64,000 bases of DNA, from the NCBI GenBank assembly GCA_023475345.1, contig JAMCWD010000067.1, forward strand, positions 11,513-75,512, given 5' to 3'. Origin of the DNA: Chloroflexota bacterium. Lineage in GTDB: Bacteria; Vulcanimicrobiota; JAMCWD01. The position numbers and the translations under genes are program-made. The notes beneath the pieces were generated by a model. That model saw nothing but the letters and a program-made list of their open reading frames with translations, had not been told where the DNA came from and searched no databases. The number at the start of each line of letters is the position of its first letter. The first letter of the stretch is position 1. This document shows positions 59,133-64,000 of this stretch, piece by piece.

Positions 59133-59838
59133 ATCTCGTTTCGTAAAAAGGTTATTGCTCATATTATTGCTTGCGGCCACCATCATCCTCCCGGCAGTGC
59201 GACAGGCTCCCGCACAGGGCGGCACGCCCAGGTTCCTCGTAATTACATTCGCCGTCAATGACCGCGGCCACATCGACATCGACGGGAACGGGTTTTACGT
59301 GATCCTTTTCAACAACAACGGAAACCCGATCGAAGTAACCAATCCCGATACTTACACCGATTTTATAAGGTTCGACGGTTTCAATTTCGAATGGTTTCAC
59401 AGGCGGGACAATATTCCTCCTCCCGGCTACACATGGATCGCCGCCGGGAACCTGAACCGGCTGGCACATATCTCCTCCGACGAACGGGAATTTAAAATCC
59501 TCCTCGACCTGGAAAACCCCAACATGCAGTTCCTCAGGTATATCACGAACAACAGGTTCACGATACACGGCATGACATGCACCCTCGAAGGAAGCAGCAT
59601 CCTGGGAAAGGTGCTGGATTTCGAAGGCATCGGTCCCGGCCTCGACCAGAACGACCTCAACACCATACAGGTTAACAGGTTCACGGGAGCACTCCAGCCT
59701 CTTCCGCCTTTTTACCCTTCCGACCCTCTTAACGATATAACTAAACATGAAGGCCTGGGCGAAGGCTTCCCTTATGATAATTTCGATATAAGAATTTTTG
59801 AGATTTCCGTTCAGGATGATCTCCCTCTTTCTCCATAA
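59125..59838 (+). CDS. Secreted hypothetical protein
   Basis: Probable GTG start with AAGGAAG SD; signal peptide RFVKRLLLILLLAATIILPA. Confidence 0.65.
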   Translation: MSISRFVKRLLLILLLAATIILPAVRQAPAQGGTPRFLVITFAVNDRGHIDIDGNGFYVILFNNNGNPIEVTNPDTYTDFIRFDGFNFEWFHRRDNIPPPGYTWIAAGNLNRLAHISSDEREFKILLDLENPNMQFLRYITNNRFTIHGMTCTLEGSSILGKVLDFEGIGPGLDQNDLNTIQVNRFTGALQPLPPFYPSDPLNDITKHEGLGEGFPYDNFDIRIFEISVQDDLPLSP

Positions 59839-59843
59839 GCTGA

Positions 59844-61940
59844 TCAGGGATGAAGCCTCTCCCACCAGTTTTGCGGCATGACCACCGTATCCTGCAGCGC
59901 GCCTATGGGCGTCGCATCCGAAGGGAACGCCTTCAGCATCACCTGTAGCCAGAATTGCTGCTGGGACATCCTGTACGTAAGCCGGGCGGCCCAGCAATGG
60001 TTGTCATGGTAAATGCTGTAGTCCTGGTAGAGCAGTTGTTTATTGACCTGGTCGTAATATCCCCAGTACTGGACCCTGAGCGCCTTCGATACTTGGAGGT
60101 CGAACTGGCCGTCAAATCCGCTGAACTTGTTATTGTCCAGGTCGTAATCCGTTCCCGCCGAAATATAGCCGTCTTTTCCGACCGACGCTTTCATGCTGGC
60201 GAAAAGATCCTGGTATTTCTTGTTCCCGAAATCATAAGCCCCGAAGACATTCATGCTCCAATGATTTTTATTATTGAAACGGAAACCGCCGGAAAGGAAA
60301 TTATACGAATCGTAACTGTCGGAAAGAAATGGCGTAACGCCGTTTACATCCTGGTAATGATAGCCGAGATATGCCCACGATCTGTCGCTTAATGCCTGCC
60401 AGCACGATCCATCGGCGGTGCCCACGTTCAACTGCCTTCCCTGGTCGTAAGAAATATTTCTTATACCTCCGCCGACAGTCAGGCGTGTCCTGGTGCCACT
60501 TGTCAGATCAAAGTCGGGCAGCGCAAGGCGGTAAAATGCCCTGTTCGCATCGGCTCCTCCCGGCTCTTCCTTATAGCGGCCGTAGCTTGCCACGGCAAGG
60601 AAAGGCACCCTGGCAACGCTCAGCCTCGGGAAGCGGACTATGAATTCAGGCGTCCTGTTAAGCCGGAAATATTCATCGCCTTTTGCGCTTTCCCAGTCAC
60701 CCTGAAGCTCCAGGAATTTAGTCCTGAAAAGAAGGCTCTCCTTGATGTTTATCGTGTAGGAAGTGATATCGGACAGGCCGGGATTTCCCGGCACATTGCC
60801 CGTGGTAGTCGATACCTGGAGCCGGTTCAGCAGGTACTTTCCCAGCTTGAGCCTGTCGAATAAAATCGCCGATGACGACTTCGCGTCTGTTGTATCGTAA
60901 GTGCTGTAAGATAGAGAATAATAATGATTTTTCAAAGATTGATTCAGGTTATATGTGAAAGACCTTGTCTGCTGAAGATCGCTTCCGGGTTCGGCATACC
61001 TTGCGGACTGGTATGATGCGAAGTTGGCAAGCTGATTGGGGAAGATGTATGATGCCGAGCCTGAAAGCTCGTTCCTGGAAAGCCCGCTCCATTTTGCGCC
61101 CTGGTCGTAATAATAAAGATTCGCATTCCCGCGATCCCCGAAATCAAAATAATGCTCGAGCCCCTTTCCGAAAGGGGATTTGGCATAATAATCCAGCTTT
61201 ACTTTACCATAAGACGAATCGCCGAATGCATAAGTCGGAGAAAATTTTACCTGCATCCCATCCGTCCTGCTGTTGGCGATGCGCGGAAAAATAGACTGCT
61301 GGGCCTGCATACTGGTTTTGGGCTTCAGGGAGAGCACCATCGTGCCTTTGCTTAAAAGCCGCCGGCCGTTGAAGTAAAGCTTCACCTTCCTGGAGATCAT
61401 CTTGTTCCTGGGGATGACTTCCACTTCATCCGCCGACATGAAATAATGCTGGTCCGGCGTGAGCAGATCGCACGTGGTGGTTTTAACTTTATAAATGAAA
61501 AGCTTATCGCCTTTCCATACGGCCTTTTCTCCCCAGAAAAAAAGCTCGCCCTCCGTCTTCATCTCACCTGCCGATAAATTCTGGGCATGGCCGTAAACAT
61601 TGTAAACCTCGGCTGTCCGGGTGTTCTGATTATAAATCAGGTCATCACCTACGAGCATCCCGTTCTGACGGGTTATCATAGCCGTGCCGGGCGCTTTAAA
61701 TATCCCCCTGGCTTTGTCCCAGATAAAGCTCTGCCCTTCAAGCCGGGTATCGCCGTCCTGAATAACCACGTTCCCCCGCAGGAGCATCAGGTCGCCCTGC
61801 TTTTCCACTTTTTCCGCGGTAAAAAAAAGGCGCTCAGGATCATTATCGGCCCTGACCGGTTGTATTATCGCAAATATTATCAACACGGCCAGGATTGAAT
61901 ATCGCCATATCTTCACGGGGCTGATAATATTTCTCCTCAA
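59844..61940 (-). CDS. lptD: LptD-like outer membrane beta-barrel (LPS assembly)
   Basis: N-terminal jellyroll (L.GNV.I), TTCD motif, aromatic-rich beta strands, HCW near the C-terminus. Confidence 0.75.
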   Translation of the reverse strand: MRRNIISPVKIWRYSILAVLIIFAIIQPVRADNDPERLFFTAEKVEKQGDLMLLRGNVVIQDGDTRLEGQSFIWDKARGIFKAPGTAMITRQNGMLVGDDLIYNQNTRTAEVYNVYGHAQNLSAGEMKTEGELFFWGEKAVWKGDKLFIYKVKTTTCDLLTPDQHYFMSADEVEVIPRNKMISRKVKLYFNGRRLLSKGTMVLSLKPKTSMQAQQSIFPRIANSRTDGMQVKFSPTYAFGDSSYGKVKLDYYAKSPFGKGLEHYFDFGDRGNANLYYYDQGAKWSGLSRNELSGSASYIFPNQLANFASYQSARYAEPGSDLQQTRSFTYNLNQSLKNHYYSLSYSTYDTTDAKSSSAILFDRLKLGKYLLNRLQVSTTTGNVPGNPGLSDITSYTINIKESLLFRTKFLELQGDWESAKGDEYFRLNRTPEFIVRFPRLSVARVPFLAVASYGRYKEEPGGADANRAFYRLALPDFDLTSGTRTRLTVGGGIRNISYDQGRQLNVGTADGSCWQALSDRSWAYLGYHYQDVNGVTPFLSDSYDSYNFLSGGFRFNNKNHWSMNVFGAYDFGNKKYQDLFASMKASVGKDGYISAGTDYDLDNNKFSGFDGQFDLQVSKALRVQYWGYYDQVNKQLLYQDYSIYHDNHCWAARLTYRMSQQQFWLQVMLKAFPSDATPIGALQDTVVMPQNWWERLHP

Positions 61941-62064
61941 ATAAAATATAAAGGGTAACAGATGACCCTTCCCAAAGTTTCCGCGTTCAGTCTTAAAAAT
62001 CCTTTGATTTAAAGCTTAAATAAGGCAGGACTCCAGGGCCGTCCGTCAAAATTATTAGTATAAT

Positions 62065-62670
62065 ATGAAACGCTACGGAATATTCGGAGGAACGTTCAAC
62101 CCGCCCCATTACGGCCACCTGCTGGCCGCCCAGACAGCGCTTGAACATTGTAGTCTGGACAGGATACTGCTGATACCCAACCGCATCCCGCCTCATAAAC
62201 AGCTTGAGGAACCCGGAGGCAACCCCGAACACAGATACAACATGATCCTGCTTGCCGCCCGTGGGAATCCCGATTTCCAGGTGCTCAGGACGGAGCTTGA
62301 CGACGAGCGCACATCTTTCAGCCTGTACACCGTAGAAAAATTAAAAACCGAATTCCCCGGCGGCTCTTTCAGCTTGATTACAGGCGCCGATTCGCTCCTG
62401 AAAAGCTCCTGGTACCGGCTGGACGATCTCCTGGGGCTGCTTGAAAACTTCTATATCGTTACCAGGCCGGGATATGATACAGGTGAACTTGCAGAGCACA
62501 TCGAAAGCTTGATCTTGAAAAACGCAGACCGTTTCAAAACGGTGCCTATCCCCGGCTTTGACATATCATCGACGGGGATAAGGGAAAGGGTGAAAAACGG
62601 CAGGTCTATCAGGTACATGGTGCCGGAAGCCGTTGAAAAATATATTCACGAAAACGAGTTATACCTGTAG
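62065..62670 (+). CDS. nadD: Nicotinate-nucleotide adenylyltransferase
   Basis: GIFGGTFNPPHYGH, PPHK, ITGAD, ISST.IR. Confidence 0.95.
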   Translation: MKRYGIFGGTFNPPHYGHLLAAQTALEHCSLDRILLIPNRIPPHKQLEEPGGNPEHRYNMILLAARGNPDFQVLRTELDDERTSFSLYTVEKLKTEFPGGSFSLITGADSLLKSSWYRLDDLLGLLENFYIVTRPGYDTGELAEHIESLILKNADRFKTVPIPGFDISSTGIRERVKNGRSIRYMVPEAVEKYIHENELYL

Positions 62671-62679
62671 GAGGAATTT

Positions 62680-63069
62680 ATGCCCCGACTTTCCGCAAAA
62701 AAGATGGCCCTTGCCGCGGCGATAGCGGCACTGGATAAAAAGGCCGAGGATATCCTGATCCTGGATATGAAAAAAACACACCCTGTAACGGATTATTTCG
62801 TCGTTGTGTCGGGAAATTCCACGACTCACCTGAAAGCCATAGCCGACGCCATAATAGAGGCCGAAGAAAAAATCAACGTGCCTGAAAAAAAAGTGGAAGG
62901 TAAAGATTCCGCCACGTGGATACTGCTCGATTTCGGCCAGGTGGTGGTACACGTTTTCCAGGAAGAGATACGAAGAAAATATAACCTCGAAGAGTTATGG
63001 ATAAACGCCCCCGAACTCCCGCTGCCGGACGAGTTTGCTGAAAACAAGAAACTGGAAACCGGAAAATAA
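62680..63069 (+). CDS. rsfS: Ribosome silencing factor
   Basis: DKKAEDI, DYFVV.SG, WILLDFG.VVVHVF, Y.LE.LW; follows nadD. Confidence 0.93.
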   Translation: MPRLSAKKMALAAAIAALDKKAEDILILDMKKTHPVTDYFVVVSGNSTTHLKAIADAIIEAEEKINVPEKKVEGKDSATWILLDFGQVVVHVFQEEIRRKYNLEELWINAPELPLPDEFAENKKLETGK

Positions 63070-63119
63070 ACGGCAGGTTTACAGGGAAAGTCTCAAACCC
63101 TGTAGATGAACCTGATATT

Positions 63120-64000
63120 TCAGCCGTTTTGAACTGCGATATCGTCGAGGATTTTTCCCGATGAGAATTTCCCGATGACCCCCGCCAGGCCGTCAATATC
63201 CCCGGCATCGATATAAGGCCTGAGATCGGCTTCAATCGTGAATTCAGGGCTTACTTTCAGTATCCCCTTCGCGGAAACTTTCAGCCTGGAAAGCGGCTTT
63301 TCAAATCTCGACGAATAAGGCGACAGTATGGCGATAACCCCGAGGCTCTTCACGTTATAATATGAGCCGGTATCGGAATGATAGCCGCCTCCGGGCGGTA
63401 TCTCTTCAAGCCAGTACCTATTGGCAAGGTAGCTATATATGGCATCGCCCGGCACATGGTGAAAATTAAAAAACTCCTCGTCCCCCATCGAAGGCAGAAG
63501 CTCTATAAACCTGACTACTATGCCCTTGTTGCAGCTCAACGCCATGAGGTCATCGACCTCGTCGGTATTGATGCTTCTCATCAAAACGACATCGATATAT
63601 ACAGGTGAAAAGCCCGCCAGCATGGCATTCTTTACGCCTTCCCTCATCTGTGGAAAAAGGTATGTGCCGGTAAGCAGGGGATACTTCTCCGGGTCGAAGG
63701 TGTCGGTACAGACATTTACGCGGTCAAGGCCCGCGGCCTTGAGATAAGCGGCCTGGGGAGCAAGGAGTGTAGCGTTCGTGCTTAAAGAAAGCTCCTCAAT
63801 CCCTTCGATTTTAGAAAGACGGCTGACCAGGTCAACCAGGCTGGGCCTCAAAAGAGGCTCCCCGCCCGTAATCCTGATCCTTTTTATGCCCGACGACACG
63901 GCGGCCCGTGCCACCGATTCAATCTGTGGAAAAGTCAGCGGGTCGTCCGAAAAAGGAGGTTTTTCGGGGGCGTTCCGGCTTTTGATGCAAAGAATATTAT
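63120..64000 (-). CDS. MoaA-like radical SAM fold protein with degenerate Fe-S motifs, 5' part outside window
   Basis: IRITGGEPLLR, LSTNA..L, LKAAGLDRVN, N.DE, RFIEL; the frame stays open to the window edge. Confidence 0.8.
   Translation of the reverse strand, partial: NILCIKSRNAPEKPPFSDDPLTFPQIESVARAAVSSGIKRIRITGGEPLLRPSLVDLVSRLSKIEGIEELSLSTNATLLAPQAAYLKAAGLDRVNVCTDTFDPEKYPLLTGTYLFPQMREGVKNAMLAGFSPVYIDVVLMRSINTDEVDDLMALSCNKGIVVRFIELLPSMGDEEFFNFHHVPGDAIYSYLANRYWLEEIPPGGGYHSDTGSYYNVKSLGVIAILSPYSSRFEKPLSRLKVSAKGILKVSPEFTIEADLRPYIDAGDIDGLAGVIGKFSSGKILDDIAVQNG

Noticed and set aside
59164-59997. 277-aa minus-strand ORF
   Set aside because: Overlaps the lptD 3' end and is antisense to a better ORF with a signal peptide

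Overview
A 64-kb chromosomal window from an anaerobic, diderm (LptA/LptD/Lnt/MsbA-like genes) bacterium that also carries Terrabacteria-style features such as an L20-leader-like RNA. From left to right it holds a complete-order hdrCBA-flxDCBA electron-bifurcation cluster (flxA cut by the window edge), an AT-rich orphan gene, a 1.1-kb mosaic of shuffled short repeats that includes a broken copy of the infC promoter, infC-rpmI-rplT, a tRNA-CAT, transporters, secreted proteins, gdh, and a rimO split by a frameshift in a T7 run. Next come three tandem paralogues made of 22-aa Gly-rich repeats, a transglutaminase-like protein, and a lipoprotein with a TNT-like C-terminus followed by a possible immunity gene. 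A ~20-kb glycan-tailoring region follows (GT4, Gmd/Rmd, Wzx, two methyltransferases, an SxtI/J/K-like carbamoyl module, two SGNH proteins, a deacetylase, a formyltransferase). The right end has an lnt-lptA-orphan PTS IIB-murQ-spoIID operon, lptD, nadD-rsfS and a MoaA-like protein lacking its Fe-S cysteines. No CRISPR array, rRNA or intact transposase was seen. All product calls come from motif recognition by eye, not from database searches.
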